NCBI GenBank assembly: GCA_964473825.1
Contig: CAYYQL010000007.1
Location: forward strand, 1-64,000
Source of the DNA: an uncultured archaeon
GTDB taxonomy: Archaea; Asgardarchaeota; Thorarchaeia; Thorarchaeales; Thorarchaeaceae
DNA length: 64,000 nucleotides
Reading direction: 5' to 3'
Below, piece after piece: positions 48,078 through 58,765 of the stretch (its first letter is position 1; each line of letters begins with the position of its first letter). A program made the translations under genes and the position numbers. Under the pieces are notes generated by a model. That model saw only the letters and a list, made by a program, of their open reading frames with translations. It made no database searches and was not told the origin of the DNA.

Positions 48078-49214
48078 GTGAATGATGTTGTCTTCGAGTG
48101 TGAGTTTCTTGGTCGAAACCATGGCAGCATAGAGGTGGATAGTGACGTTACGGAGATCAACCTTGTTGAGATGGACATTGTCAGCATCGATCTCAGTCCA
48201 ATTGTCCGCTGTAGTAACCTCGAGCGCCTGACGCTGTCAGAAAACCCACTTCGTGACATTGACCTTACACCGCTTGCTCAATGTAAGAAACTGCAGGAAC
48301 TCTGCCTCCGTTGGAATCAGCTTGACCAAGTAGATTTGAAGCCCCTTGGTCACCTAGACAATATGATCGAGATTGACATCTCATCAAATGGACTCAGAAG
48401 TGTTGACCTAGAACCCCTGAGAGGAAAGCATACGATTCGTGACCTGTACGTCTCTGCCAATGAGATAAATGAGATTGACCTTTCGCCTCTTGTCGATTGT
48501 AGGAGTCTTCGCTATCTTGGTCTGACTCATAACCTCCTAAAGGACGTGAGTTTGACAGCGTTGAGTCAGTGTCCAAACCTTCGCTATTTGGGCCTTACAA
48601 GCAACAGAATAGAGAGTATAGACTTGGGACCCCTTGAAAACTGCAGCAGACTCGAGAGAGTCGAACTAGAGCACAACGAGATTGAAGAGCTTGACTTGCG
48701 CGCATTGGATACGTGTCGAAGCCTCGAGTACCTCAATCTGAAATCAAATCGGTTGCAGAGTCTTGACCTCGAACCGCTCAAGCGTTCCACACGACTCCGG
48801 TATCTGCTGCTCTCATCCAATTCACTAAAGACCATCGATTTGTCGCCGCTACAGAACTGCGAGAACTTAGAACAGCTGCTCCTCGACCACAACGAGTTGC
48901 AGCATATGGAGCTGGATCCTCTAAGCCAGATACCCAGCCTTCGCGAGCTGCGTTTGGGAGCGAATGCATTGACAGAGATTGATCTCTCACCCGTCAAAGG
49001 CATGCGAAATCTAAGAACCCTTGATCTTTCAGACAACCCACTCGAGCCAGTGAATGTAACTCCCCTCTTCTTCTGTGAAGCACTAAGGAAATTCAATGTC
49101 GAGAGATCAACACCGGGTAGGGCGATCCGTTTGATGGCTGATGGGAATGAAAAGGGAAGGGAAAACTTACCGAGGGCTATAAGGGAGATAGAAGAACGGA
49201 TTGAGTGGACCTAG
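48078..49214 (+). CDS. Leucine-rich repeat protein (22-aa repeats)
   Basis: About 13 copies of LxxLxLxxNxLxxIDLxPLxxC; GGAGG RBS. Confidence 0.92.
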   Translation: MNDVVFECEFLGRNHGSIEVDSDVTEINLVEMDIVSIDLSPIVRCSNLERLTLSENPLRDIDLTPLAQCKKLQELCLRWNQLDQVDLKPLGHLDNMIEIDISSNGLRSVDLEPLRGKHTIRDLYVSANEINEIDLSPLVDCRSLRYLGLTHNLLKDVSLTALSQCPNLRYLGLTSNRIESIDLGPLENCSRLERVELEHNEIEELDLRALDTCRSLEYLNLKSNRLQSLDLEPLKRSTRLRYLLLSSNSLKTIDLSPLQNCENLEQLLLDHNELQHMELDPLSQIPSLRELRLGANALTEIDLSPVKGMRNLRTLDLSDNPLEPVNVTPLFFCEALRKFNVERSTPGRAIRLMADGNEKGRENLPRAIREIEERIEWT

Positions 49215-49244
49215 TACTTCTGAGTAAGCTTCAAGTGCCGCTGA

Positions 49245-50630
49245 GTGTATGACAGATACATGTGCGGGGATGTCAGCAGACTTCTCCATGAGGCTCGCCA
49301 GTGTTTAGACTCGGGAGAATATGAGTTGGCCACTAAGAAGATAGAGGCAATCCTAGCAGTGGTACCAGAGTCAGATGAGAGCCACGTAAAAGCCCTCGTC
49401 CACCTTGGAGAGATTCTCTGGCAACGCGGGAAATACGACGAGGCTCGTGATATCCTCAAGCGGGCCCAAGAACTCGGAGAGAAACAAGGATACGTCAGCC
49501 TCAGTGCCCGGGCTCAACGACTGACTGGTAATACCCTCATCGACCAGGGATTTGGCCAGCTGGCGGAGAGAGCCTATAGCGCAGCTCTGGAGATGTTTGA
49601 AAGCGTAGATGATGCTAGGGGAATTGCCCGATGCTACAACAACCTCGGTATCGTTAGTGTTGACAAGGGCAATTTCATTGATGCCTTGAGATACTACGAG
49701 CAGTCTCTTGATATGCATCGAAAACTTGGGGACGAAGTTGGAACTGGTATGTGCCTCAACAACATCGGAGAGATCCATCGATTCAAGGGGGAATACGAGC
49801 TAGCTGAGGAGTTGTACCAAGAATCACTGATAGGTGATACAGAAAGAGGGGATCGGTACGGACAAGCCATTTGCTGGGGCAATCTCGGTGCGGTATCGTA
49901 TGGCCGGAAAGAATATGCAAAGGCAGAAGAACGCGTGCAGAGGGCGGTCGAGATATTCAACAAGCTGGGTATTCGTGACCTCGTTTATGTTGAGATTCGA
50001 GGACTTCTAGTAGGAATAATGGCTGCTACAAAGCGATTTGATGGTGGCCAAATCCATCTAGATGCTATCTGGGATGCTGCGGAAACTCTGAACTCCGATG
50101 CCGCAGACATCATCTGCCACTTCTATGGTGGTTTGCTGGCACAGCGTCAATGGAACTTGTCCTTTGCCAGGAAGCACTATAACAACTGTCTTGAGCTCTC
50201 AAAGAGAGCACGGTCGTTCGAGTTCGTTCTCCTGTCGCTGATGCAGCTCGTTGAGATTGAGATGCTACATTACAGAGTGACAGGAGAGGAGCAGTACCTA
50301 GAGGCGATGCAGAGAACACTACATCAGGCATTGAATCTCGCCGAGACTCACAATCTTCACGCACCGCTGGTAGAACTCATGGTCCTGAATGCCCTCTTTC
50401 ATGTCGAGAGCCAGAATCCTGAGAGAGGTCTGGAATTGCTGAAAGAAGCAAAGGAGGTCTGCCATAAGAAGGGTTTCGAGTCTAGGGAGAAGACCATCGT
50501 GAGTCTTATGGAAGACATCCACATACGGCTTGAGTCCGATGCTACAAGTACAGAGACTGTAGAGGCGAAACTCAAACGTCTTCAGGAGTACATAGAGGAC
50601 TGTCAGCGGGTTGTACTTGCCAGCAAGTAG
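49245..50630 (+). CDS. TPR protein (long ~40-aa TPR type)
   Basis: ARCYNNLG, GMCLNNIGEI, AICWGNLG repeats. Confidence 0.88.
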   Translation: MYDRYMCGDVSRLLHEARQCLDSGEYELATKKIEAILAVVPESDESHVKALVHLGEILWQRGKYDEARDILKRAQELGEKQGYVSLSARAQRLTGNTLIDQGFGQLAERAYSAALEMFESVDDARGIARCYNNLGIVSVDKGNFIDALRYYEQSLDMHRKLGDEVGTGMCLNNIGEIHRFKGEYELAEELYQESLIGDTERGDRYGQAICWGNLGAVSYGRKEYAKAEERVQRAVEIFNKLGIRDLVYVEIRGLLVGIMAATKRFDGGQIHLDAIWDAAETLNSDAADIICHFYGGLLAQRQWNLSFARKHYNNCLELSKRARSFEFVLLSLMQLVEIEMLHYRVTGEEQYLEAMQRTLHQALNLAETHNLHAPLVELMVLNALFHVESQNPERGLELLKEAKEVCHKKGFESREKTIVSLMEDIHIRLESDATSTETVEAKLKRLQEYIEDCQRVVLASK

Positions 50631-50774
50631 ATTCGTCTCTCATCACACGAGTTTCTTTAATTGGTCCAAGAATCGTTCTGCCTGTTTTGAGCCCAGACTC
50701 CAGAAAGACGGATCGGATATATCGAAACGGAGATGGCGAGTCAGTTATATGGTGTGCTCGGTTGTTTCCGGTTC

Positions 50775-51458
50775 ATGAACCCGACACGATGCGACTTGCA
50801 CATTCATACAGACTATTCTGACGCAGTCTGCACCGTTTCGGATGTAGTCCAGAAAGGCGCCCAGTTGAGGCTTCAAGCTATTGCAATCACGGACCATTTT
50901 TGGCCATCATTAGGTTCCAGGCAGAGAGGAAGAGGAATCATCAATCGTCGAAGGCAGGAGATAGAGGCCCTCAGATTGGAGCATCCCGAGATGGCCATCT
51001 TGGACGGAGCCGAGGTGGACATCAGCTTCGACGGCACTGTTGCACCCATTTCGGGAGGGCTCGAACAGTTTGATTTGGTCATCGGATCGTTCCATCGTGC
51101 ATCTGATTCAGTGACTTGGTCAAGAGCTATAGACAGCGCCCTGAAGAAAACCAGTTTTGATATCTTGGGGCATTGGGACGGCTATCTAAGAGCGTACAGA
51201 CAATCTGATGGCGAGTTCGTCGCACAGAAACTAGCAGAGCATAATGTGGCAATTGAACTTAGTACGCGGTATCCAGTGAAATATGCAGAGTTTCTTGAGG
51301 TTGCCCGTGAAAGTGGTTGTCTATTCACGTTAGGTAGCGATTCGCATAGAACAGAATCCATTGGAAATCTGACTCGACCGAAGAAGCTAGCAGAGGCATA
51401 CAATCTGCCCCTCTTGGACATTGAGAAGGCCGGGCTGGTCCCCCGATTACCGAGCTAG
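50775..51458 (+). CDS. PHP domain phosphoesterase
   Basis: DLHIHTDYSD, AITDH, GAEVD, ILGH, GSDSH. Confidence 0.88.
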   Translation: MNPTRCDLHIHTDYSDAVCTVSDVVQKGAQLRLQAIAITDHFWPSLGSRQRGRGIINRRRQEIEALRLEHPEMAILDGAEVDISFDGTVAPISGGLEQFDLVIGSFHRASDSVTWSRAIDSALKKTSFDILGHWDGYLRAYRQSDGEFVAQKLAEHNVAIELSTRYPVKYAEFLEVARESGCLFTLGSDSHRTESIGNLTRPKKLAEAYNLPLLDIEKAGLVPRLPS

Positions 51459-51471
51459 ATGTGGTTTGTTC

Positions 51472-52974
51472 TTACTTCAAATCCGACATCGAACCTATAA
51501 TGGACTTCAGCAGGTCGTAGATAACACTGACATCTCGTATTCGCACCTTCTCATCCGGTGTGTGCGGGTTCTTGATTGTGGGGCCGAGAGAGACCATTTG
51601 CATTCCCTCAACTTGAGCACCAATGATTCCACACTCGAGGCCTGCATGGATTGCCTCCACCTCTACGACATCATCTAGGACCTTCTTATAATGCCGCTTA
51701 ACATATCGCAAAAACTCGCTCTTTGGCGCTGGCTTCCATCCGGGATACGCAGGAGTGAGAGTAACACTCCAGCCGCCCAATTCGCCGAGGTCCCTCAGAG
51801 ACCTACGGAATGACTCAAGCTCGGCATCATCGTTGCCCCGCGCAGAGATGTAGATATTCATCTCAGTTCCATCAGTTGACACGATGGCCATGTTGCACGA
51901 AGTCTCCACCAGATCAGGTACTTGTGGGGAGAATCTTCGAGGACCGTGCGGAATCGCATTTGCGGTCTTGATGATTCTATTGCTCTCAGAGATGGCGAAA
52001 TAAGGTACAGGTTCTGTTGGGCTGAGTTGAATGGTGATGCTTGGTTCCAAGACCTCAGCATCCGGTGATGCTTCATGATAGTAGGCCATGATAGCAGCCA
52101 TTTCCTCATTCAATGCGTCATTCATCACAGAGACCTTATCGTTCCTTACCCCAAACACTGCCCTCGAATCTCGCGTGATCGCGTTGTGCTTGGTCCCCCC
52201 GTTCCAAGATGCAAGAACAGGATGAGCAGAGGCGAGAATAGCAGAAAGCAGTCTGGCCACTAGTTTGTTCGCGTTAGCACGGGGTAGATGAATGTCAACA
52301 CCAGAGTGACCTCCAAGAAGCCCTGAAACCTCCAAATTGAAGAACGTGAACTCATCTTTGGGTTCTTCCAGTTCCACCTCCTTACGGTACTCGACACCTC
52401 CTCCCCCTGCAGAACCAATCGTGATAACTCCCAAGTCCTCAGAGTCTAGATTGAGCAGATACTTGCTTCTTACTCCAAGACCTTCAACATCTAGCCCAAA
52501 AGCCCCAGTCAGGCCAGTTTCTTCGTCAACTGTGAAAAGCAGCTCCAAAGGACCGTGGCTGAGTTCCTTGTCCTGAATCGTTAGAAGCGCCAAGGCGAGA
52601 GCTATCGCAATGCCATTGTCCGCACCCAGTGTCGTCCCATCGGCATCTACCCACTCCTCGTTGTCCTGAATTCTAACAGGAATAGGCTCCTTCTCGAAAT
52701 CAAACCCCTCCAATCGGTCTGATTCACATACCATATCCAGATGGCCCTGTATCATGAGCGGAGGAGCAGATTCCAGACTTTTGGTCGCAGGGACCCTGAT
52801 GAGGATGTTACCGGTAGCATCTTCGAGAACCTCCACATTCACCCCCTGATCTTCGAGCCAAGCACGTATTGCCTTACGAATCCCGACCTCATTCTTTGAG
52901 CATCGCGGAATCCTCGCTACTAGATTCTCAAATATTTCCCAAACATCTCCAGGCTGAAGATTCTCAAGAACCAT
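51472..52974 (-). CDS. pepD: Aminoacyl-histidine dipeptidase (peptidase M20C)
   Basis: QGHLDMVC, TTLGADNG, TVDEETGL, NLDSED, GGHSG, IHAGLECG, PHTPDE. Confidence 0.92.
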   Translation of the reverse strand: MVLENLQPGDVWEIFENLVARIPRCSKNEVGIRKAIRAWLEDQGVNVEVLEDATGNILIRVPATKSLESAPPLMIQGHLDMVCESDRLEGFDFEKEPIPVRIQDNEEWVDADGTTLGADNGIAIALALALLTIQDKELSHGPLELLFTVDEETGLTGAFGLDVEGLGVRSKYLLNLDSEDLGVITIGSAGGGGVEYRKEVELEEPKDEFTFFNLEVSGLLGGHSGVDIHLPRANANKLVARLLSAILASAHPVLASWNGGTKHNAITRDSRAVFGVRNDKVSVMNDALNEEMAAIMAYYHEASPDAEVLEPSITIQLSPTEPVPYFAISESNRIIKTANAIPHGPRRFSPQVPDLVETSCNMAIVSTDGTEMNIYISARGNDDAELESFRRSLRDLGELGGWSVTLTPAYPGWKPAPKSEFLRYVKRHYKKVLDDVVEVEAIHAGLECGIIGAQVEGMQMVSLGPTIKNPHTPDEKVRIRDVSVIYDLLKSIIGSMSDLK

Positions 52975-53081
52975 AGCGGGTCACAACCTAGCTGGAATGG
53001 TCTGGGACTTAAATCGTTTCTTAGTCAACGGGAGGATTTTTCAGTCACCAAGCTTATCCCTCGGTCCTAGGTGGTAGACAG

Positions 53082-53954
53082 TTGTTCTTCGATGCCGACC
53101 TCACACTCATATTCCGTGACGCCCTGCCATGGGCCGGGGGACTCTTCCAACTGATAACCGAGTTGGGATCAGAGATCTTCTATGTCGTTGTTATCCTGGT
53201 AGGATACTGGGCCTATAAGAAACGAGGCTCGGTGATTCTCCTGGGAGTTCTTCTTGTCTCGCTTATCTCGAACTACTGGTTGAAATATATGATACAGAAT
53301 CCAAGACCTGATGAAAGCTACTGGTATGAGGGAGTTGAGGGCACAAACTACAGCACACCTAGCGGACATGCACAGAACTCTGCAACTTTCTTCGGATGGC
53401 TTGGCGTGAAATCAAGAAACGTGGTCGTGTTCAGTTCATCGATAATCATTGCCCTTCTGATTGGTGCGTCCCGGGTATATCTCGGAGTCCACTATCTTGG
53501 GGACATTCTCATTGGATGGACAATTGGTTTTGCCACCGTAGCTGTACTATACTTTGCTCAAGAACCCCTTGAGAAGGTGCTCGCGCAATATAGTCTCGAG
53601 CAAAAATACGGGGCACTCTTCCTATTTGGTTTCGCGCTACTCCTGATTGGCTCACTTCTACCTCAGCCCCCTGATGACAACTTCGGATCACTGGCAGGTC
53701 TCGTGATGGGAGTGGCGATTGCATTTCCGCTCGAAGAGCGATATGTGAATTTCTCGGTAGAAGCCCCCCGGAATCAGAAATGGCGCCTAGTTCTGCGGGT
53801 CGTAATAGGACTCGTTCTAGCAATAGGAGTGATGTTCGGCCTCGCGTCATTGCTTCCCACAACGAATCTCTGGCTGAGAGCACTGAGATATGGGCTTATT
53901 GCAGTCGTTGGTGGTTTGGTCTGGCCTGCCGTATTCACAAGAGTGGATCTATAA
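53082..53954 (+). CDS. PAP2 family membrane phosphatase
   Basis: KYMIQNPRP, PSGH, SRVYLGVHYLGD; multiple TM segments. Confidence 0.9.
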   Translation: MFFDADLTLIFRDALPWAGGLFQLITELGSEIFYVVVILVGYWAYKKRGSVILLGVLLVSLISNYWLKYMIQNPRPDESYWYEGVEGTNYSTPSGHAQNSATFFGWLGVKSRNVVVFSSSIIIALLIGASRVYLGVHYLGDILIGWTIGFATVAVLYFAQEPLEKVLAQYSLEQKYGALFLFGFALLLIGSLLPQPPDDNFGSLAGLVMGVAIAFPLEERYVNFSVEAPRNQKWRLVLRVVIGLVLAIGVMFGLASLLPTTNLWLRALRYGLIAVVGGLVWPAVFTRVDL

Positions 53955-54845
53955 GAGAAGATCTGTTTCATGCTGCAAAGAGAACTCGAAACCGATCTCG
54001 TCGGCATGTCTTAGAACCAGTGCATCCACCATTTTCGACACAAGGAATCTGGCAGCTGTTCTGTCAATACCGGATAGGTTGATGATTTCGGCCACAGTGC
54101 TTGAACCGTCGAACCGTGAAAGCAGTCTGACGATTTCGGGGTACTGATGTGTGATTGCTTCAGTGGGCTCGCCCACCTTGATAAGAACACAGTCATCACT
54201 GACCTTTCGCTTGAGTTGTACGTGCCCATGATGAATGAGAATTGACAGAAGAGCAACGGACTCATCCTTGGGTAGAGGAACACTCTCGATGATCTTACGG
54301 ATGTTACGTTTGCCATTGATGTATTTCTCAAGGACATCAAGGTGTGTGTCAATCTTTCCCACTCGATAGTTGATTCTTCGCCCATCCGTAACGCACGGGA
54401 TGAGTTCCGGGTCAACCTTGGTAAGTGGAAATGCAGTAACGATGTTCAACGCGAACTCACGGAAGACCCTGATATCTCCCTCATAGTGTTCCAGAATATT
54501 AGAAAACCTTCCCTCAAATTCCGCAATCAGATTGACAAGTTTCTTTCGATATGGCTCTGGGGCAGTAACTTCATTCAGGCCGATAACTGCAAGAACCTCT
54601 GCACCAATCTCGAAGATCACGCTGGAACGGCCCCACTGGACAGTTCTTAGTCCATTCTTGGCGACGGTCATTATTGCTTTGATCAGAGCCGCCAACAGAT
54701 CTGGATCAACCTCTCTGCGGGAATCACTCGCAAGCTTGGAACTCACCGGTCCATCTGCATAGGAGACCCGAACTAGCAGTTCACCGCTTATCAATCGGAT
54801 TATCATGACATAGCTGATACTGGAATTGTCTGATTGCCCGTACAT
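53949..54845 (-). CDS. Longin domain + tandem winged-helix protein (NPRL2-like architecture)
   Basis: N-terminal longin pattern (VMIIRLISGELLV...DPDLLAALIKAI...LIAEFEGRF); two wH repeats (YINGKRNIRKI; RFDGSSTVAEI). Confidence 0.65.
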   Translation of the reverse strand: MYGQSDNSSISYVMIIRLISGELLVRVSYADGPVSSKLASDSRREVDPDLLAALIKAIMTVAKNGLRTVQWGRSSVIFEIGAEVLAVIGLNEVTAPEPYRKKLVNLIAEFEGRFSNILEHYEGDIRVFREFALNIVTAFPLTKVDPELIPCVTDGRRINYRVGKIDTHLDVLEKYINGKRNIRKIIESVPLPKDESVALLSILIHHGHVQLKRKVSDDCVLIKVGEPTEAITHQYPEIVRLLSRFDGSSTVAEIINLSGIDRTAARFLVSKMVDALVLRHADEIGFEFSLQHETDLLL

Positions 54846-54932
54846 ACACGCTCCCAACTAAATTCGTTCCACCCAGAAGAAGAAAAATGCTTCGGTGGTC
54901 ATCAGATCCCGAACAGACTCATGACCCCTGTG

Positions 54933-56642
54933 TCAGAGGTACTCAGATGCCTCTATCTGTGCCAGTTTCACACCAGCACTTCGCGAATAGTGCTTCATTA
55001 TCTGCCAACATACGATACCGTAGACCGGCAATACAATATATGAAAACGGTACACCAATGGATATCCCAAGCATGATCATCGAGAATGTTCCCAGATACCC
55101 CACAACGTTGGGTAAGAGCTGAGCACGAAGTATAGACCAGCCTCGAATCGGCATCTGAACAGAAGAACCCCTCTGTCTGGTCACCATCCGTTCAGCCTTG
55201 AAATCACCGCCAAGAGCAGCTGCATTGGCTGCAACTCCCCCCGAAGCCAGATTCGTGAACACTGCCGCAGCAACGACCATGGGGATATAGAACCAGAAGG
55301 ATGGGTACACTACTAGGATAAGTACTCCTACGAGGATGCTTGCAGCCACCGTGAAGGGTACTGCGGAATAGACTTTCCCGCGTACGTAGTCTTCCATATT
55401 GGCAGCAGCAAGTTGCAGGTTCTGGAGATTCTTACCCTCGTAGACGGTCTCATAGCCAGCAAAGTAGAGTCCGTAGGACGTTGAAAAGGGAATGAGAGCT
55501 GCAATCATGAGGAATGGTGCGAAAAAGCCCATCCCTTCTGGATTGGTCAGGATAGGAATAAAGAAGAATATGACAAACTGAAGCGGCCCCATCAGATACC
55601 GCGCAAATACTCGAGATTCGCGGCGGATGTTCGTGATATTGTACCAGATAGAGGTGCTAATGGTCTTGTTGAACTTGATGCCCGGTATGGGTTGCGGGTC
55701 CCATGGCTTGTGTTCTATGATCTTCTCTTCTTTCGAGCTGCGTTTCGACCCGCTCATGAGCCAGCCGCTGTAGTGGGCTTTCTCACTGACTATGGCGTTG
55801 AGATAGACGAGGCTGCCACCAAGCACAATATAGAAAATCGTCGATGCAATCTCATAAGACCCGAACTCTGCCCCCACTAGAAGGCCGAGCGTGATCACGC
55901 TCACTGTATACCCCGGCGTCAGGTCCGAGGCTAGACCGATTTGTTGAGCTAGCTCGAACAACCAGTCAAACACAAACGAGTTATTGGAGGAATAGAGAAA
56001 GTAGTACCATACAACGGTGAAGATAATCGCCATGGTGCTCATAAGGAAGTACCCCACCTGACGGAGTTTCCGCCGACCTGCAACAACCCGTGAGAATAAC
56101 AGACCTAGAAGACCACCAAACGAAACACCAATCGTAACCAGCACTAGAACGAGAACCAGATATGAAAGCACTGCAACAAAGGCCAAGGGGAGAGGGGACA
56201 CGATACTCAGACCAATGATGATTGGAGAGCCGATCACCAGCCAGAGAAGTGAGCTGTAGACGATGATGATAATCGTCTTCTCTAAGAACAGTGTCCGAAG
56301 AGAGATTGGCATCGTCATGAGATACTCCATCCTCTTGCTATTGGCAACAGTAGTGGCTGACACCATGATTGAACCTATGAACGAAAATAGCACTATGACG
56401 TTAAACAATGTAGATCCGACGGCCAGATTCTCGAGAATGAGACTAGCAATCATGTTCCAGCCAAAGAGAGGTACAATCCAGACTACAGCCAGAACAATGG
56501 CAACGGCTACAGCCACGGCGATAATGGGACCGAGAAACCTCCGAAGAGCACTCTTCTGCTCAGAACGCCGACCTGTGCCTCCCAGTCGGAAGGTCTGATT
56601 AAGGTCCTGCCTGAGCAAAATCATCAGATCTCTAAGGCTCAA
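54933..56642 (-). CDS. Putative ABC exporter permease (about 12-14 TM)
   Basis: EYLMTMPISLRTLFLEK motif, many TM segments, 4-nt overlap with the ATPase gene. Confidence 0.75.
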   Translation of the reverse strand: MSLRDLMILLRQDLNQTFRLGGTGRRSEQKSALRRFLGPIIAVAVAVAIVLAVVWIVPLFGWNMIASLILENLAVGSTLFNVIVLFSFIGSIMVSATTVANSKRMEYLMTMPISLRTLFLEKTIIIIVYSSLLWLVIGSPIIIGLSIVSPLPLAFVAVLSYLVLVLVLVTIGVSFGGLLGLLFSRVVAGRRKLRQVGYFLMSTMAIIFTVVWYYFLYSSNNSFVFDWLFELAQQIGLASDLTPGYTVSVITLGLLVGAEFGSYEIASTIFYIVLGGSLVYLNAIVSEKAHYSGWLMSGSKRSSKEEKIIEHKPWDPQPIPGIKFNKTISTSIWYNITNIRRESRVFARYLMGPLQFVIFFFIPILTNPEGMGFFAPFLMIAALIPFSTSYGLYFAGYETVYEGKNLQNLQLAAANMEDYVRGKVYSAVPFTVAASILVGVLILVVYPSFWFYIPMVVAAAVFTNLASGGVAANAAALGGDFKAERMVTRQRGSSVQMPIRGWSILRAQLLPNVVGYLGTFSMIMLGISIGVPFSYIVLPVYGIVCWQIMKHYSRSAGVKLAQIEASEYL

Positions 56643-57412
56643 CCTTCTTCACCTGTGTCACCCAGATACTGAGCAATAAGCTGCATGTCTGGCCCACCAG
56701 TTAGGTCCAGGAATATCTCCTCAAGACTGGCCTGACCCCTGGCCTTCTGCTTCAGTTCATCCATCGTACCCTCCGCTACCATGTGACCATCCTGAATAAT
56801 GCCGATACGGTCAGCCATCTGCTCGGCTATCTCCAGAATATGTGTTGACATGAGCACAGTTGCTCCGCGAGAACTGAGACCATTGAGAATCTCCTTTATC
56901 GTGGCAGCACCGCGGGGGTCAATGCCCGCCTGGAACTCATCGAGTACAAGCACCCTCGGTCTGTGTATCAGAGCCGCGATGAGGCTGGTTTTGCGCGACA
57001 TACCCTTGGAATAGGTCTCTATCAGGTCATCACTGGCATCTCTGATATCGAGAAGGGTAAGAAGCTCGTCTATCTCTTCTTCGCGTTCTTCACCACGCTC
57101 AACTCCCCAGATATCAGCGACGTAGTTCACATACTCCCACCCGGTGAGACGTTCGGGCAAGACAGGCTCCTCCGGAACATAACCCATTACTCGCTTCGCT
57201 GTGACAATCTCCTTGCGGATGTCATAACCAGAGATTCTGGCGGTTCCCTCGGTGGGACGCAACAATCCAAGAAGCATGCGCATAGTTGTTGACTTTCCCG
57301 ACCCATTGGGCCCTAACAGTGCATAGGTTTCACCAGATGCAACTGTGAAGCTCAGAGTATCAACTGCAGTGAATTCATTGAACCTCTTGGTGAGTTCTAT
57401 AGCCTCAATCAT
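56639..57412 (-). CDS. ABC transporter ATPase
   Basis: GPNGSGKST, YSKGM, VLVLDE, STH; start placed at MIEAIEL. Confidence 0.9.
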   Translation of the reverse strand: MIEAIELTKRFNEFTAVDTLSFTVASGETYALLGPNGSGKSTTMRMLLGLLRPTEGTARISGYDIRKEIVTAKRVMGYVPEEPVLPERLTGWEYVNYVADIWGVERGEEREEEIDELLTLLDIRDASDDLIETYSKGMSRKTSLIAALIHRPRVLVLDEFQAGIDPRGAATIKEILNGLSSRGATVLMSTHILEIAEQMADRIGIIQDGHMVAEGTMDELKQKARGQASLEEIFLDLTGGPDMQLIAQYLGDTGEEG

Positions 57413-57619
57413 CAGAACCACTCTGTCAGAAGGATGAGGAGATATATCCTTTAGGTTAGGTGTATCCGGATTCCGCGGAGGGGGAACTGCAAGAGGTTGT
57501 CGTGCCATTTGCCAGTCGATAGATTCAGACGAAATATTCAGAACAACAACTCATTGTTACATAACTCGGAGGAGCGTCCCATTTAGAAATCGTAATAAAC
57601 TTAGGACCGTCCGCAGAGG

Positions 57620-58765
57620 TTGGCAGTGAACCCCATGAAGGCCCCCCCTGAATCATCCGTTGCTGAGAAGCGAATCCTTGGAGAGTCGCCCGACTTTCTT
57701 AGAACGAGCCTTGCTGCCGCAATTACCATGGATATGGTCCCCGGCCGATTCTATCGTGATGCCAAACTCTACTGCGTGAATCTCCTGTTGACCTACAACG
57801 AGGGCTGTCATGCCAAGTGTGCGTACTGTGGACTGTCGGGTTCGCGTGAAACGGATACTGAATGGGATGAGAATAGTTTCATCAGAGTTGACTGGCCAGT
57901 CTTTTCCCTCAAGGATATCAAGATCGCACTTGCTGACGGCACTTGCGATCATGTTGAACGAGTATGCATTTCGATGATCACTCTAGGAAGAGCTAGGGAG
58001 GATTGTGTCACCGTTATAGAAGAGCTAAGCGAGGTCATTCCAAGAATATCAGTTCTCATGACACCCACTATCATTAACCGCAAATGGCTACATCAGATTA
58101 AGGACGCTGGAACAGACATGGTGGGAATTGCCATTGATGCTGCCACACCCGAGCTATTCGACGACCTACGGGGCAACGGCGTGCGGGGACCTCACAAGTG
58201 GGAGAAATACTGGGACACAGTTCGACAATCACTAGAGGTGTTCGGCAAAGGAAACGTCGGAATACATCTCATAGTGGGGGTCGGCGAAACCGAACAGGAG
58301 ATAATCAAGACCATTCAAGATGCACAGGACCTCGGAGCAGATACACACCTCTTCTCGTTCTTTCCGGAGGAGGGTTCATCAATGGAAAATACGCCACAAC
58401 CTCCTATCGGGGCATACAGGCGGGTGCAATTTGCCCGCTATATCATAAACTACAACCATGGCACGTATGAGAATATGCAATTCAATGAGAGAGGTCAAGT
58501 GATTGATTTCGGAATCGAGAGAGATGTCTACGAGTCCCTCTTACAAGCTGGAAATGCCTTCATGACGTCTGGTTGCAAGGGAGAAACTATGCAGAATGCC
58601 TGTAACCGGCCCTTTGGCAACTGTACGCCCTATCAGGCGTCAATCGGGCATTGGAGAAACTTCCCAATCAGGCCCAATGAAGAGGATATTTCAAAGATCC
58701 GGGAGCAACTGAAGGACTATTCCCTGACATATGACATGGATGGCTTCGATTTTTATGACGAATGA
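57620..58765 (+). CDS. lipS2: Radical SAM lipoyl synthase component, LipS2-type
   Basis: CHAKCAYC (CX3CX2C); C-terminal TSGC...CNRP motif; adjacent to lipoate ligases. Confidence 0.72.
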   Translation: MAVNPMKAPPESSVAEKRILGESPDFLRTSLAAAITMDMVPGRFYRDAKLYCVNLLLTYNEGCHAKCAYCGLSGSRETDTEWDENSFIRVDWPVFSLKDIKIALADGTCDHVERVCISMITLGRAREDCVTVIEELSEVIPRISVLMTPTIINRKWLHQIKDAGTDMVGIAIDAATPELFDDLRGNGVRGPHKWEKYWDTVRQSLEVFGKGNVGIHLIVGVGETEQEIIKTIQDAQDLGADTHLFSFFPEEGSSMENTPQPPIGAYRRVQFARYIINYNHGTYENMQFNERGQVIDFGIERDVYESLLQAGNAFMTSGCKGETMQNACNRPFGNCTPYQASIGHWRNFPIRPNEEDISKIREQLKDYSLTYDMDGFDFYDE

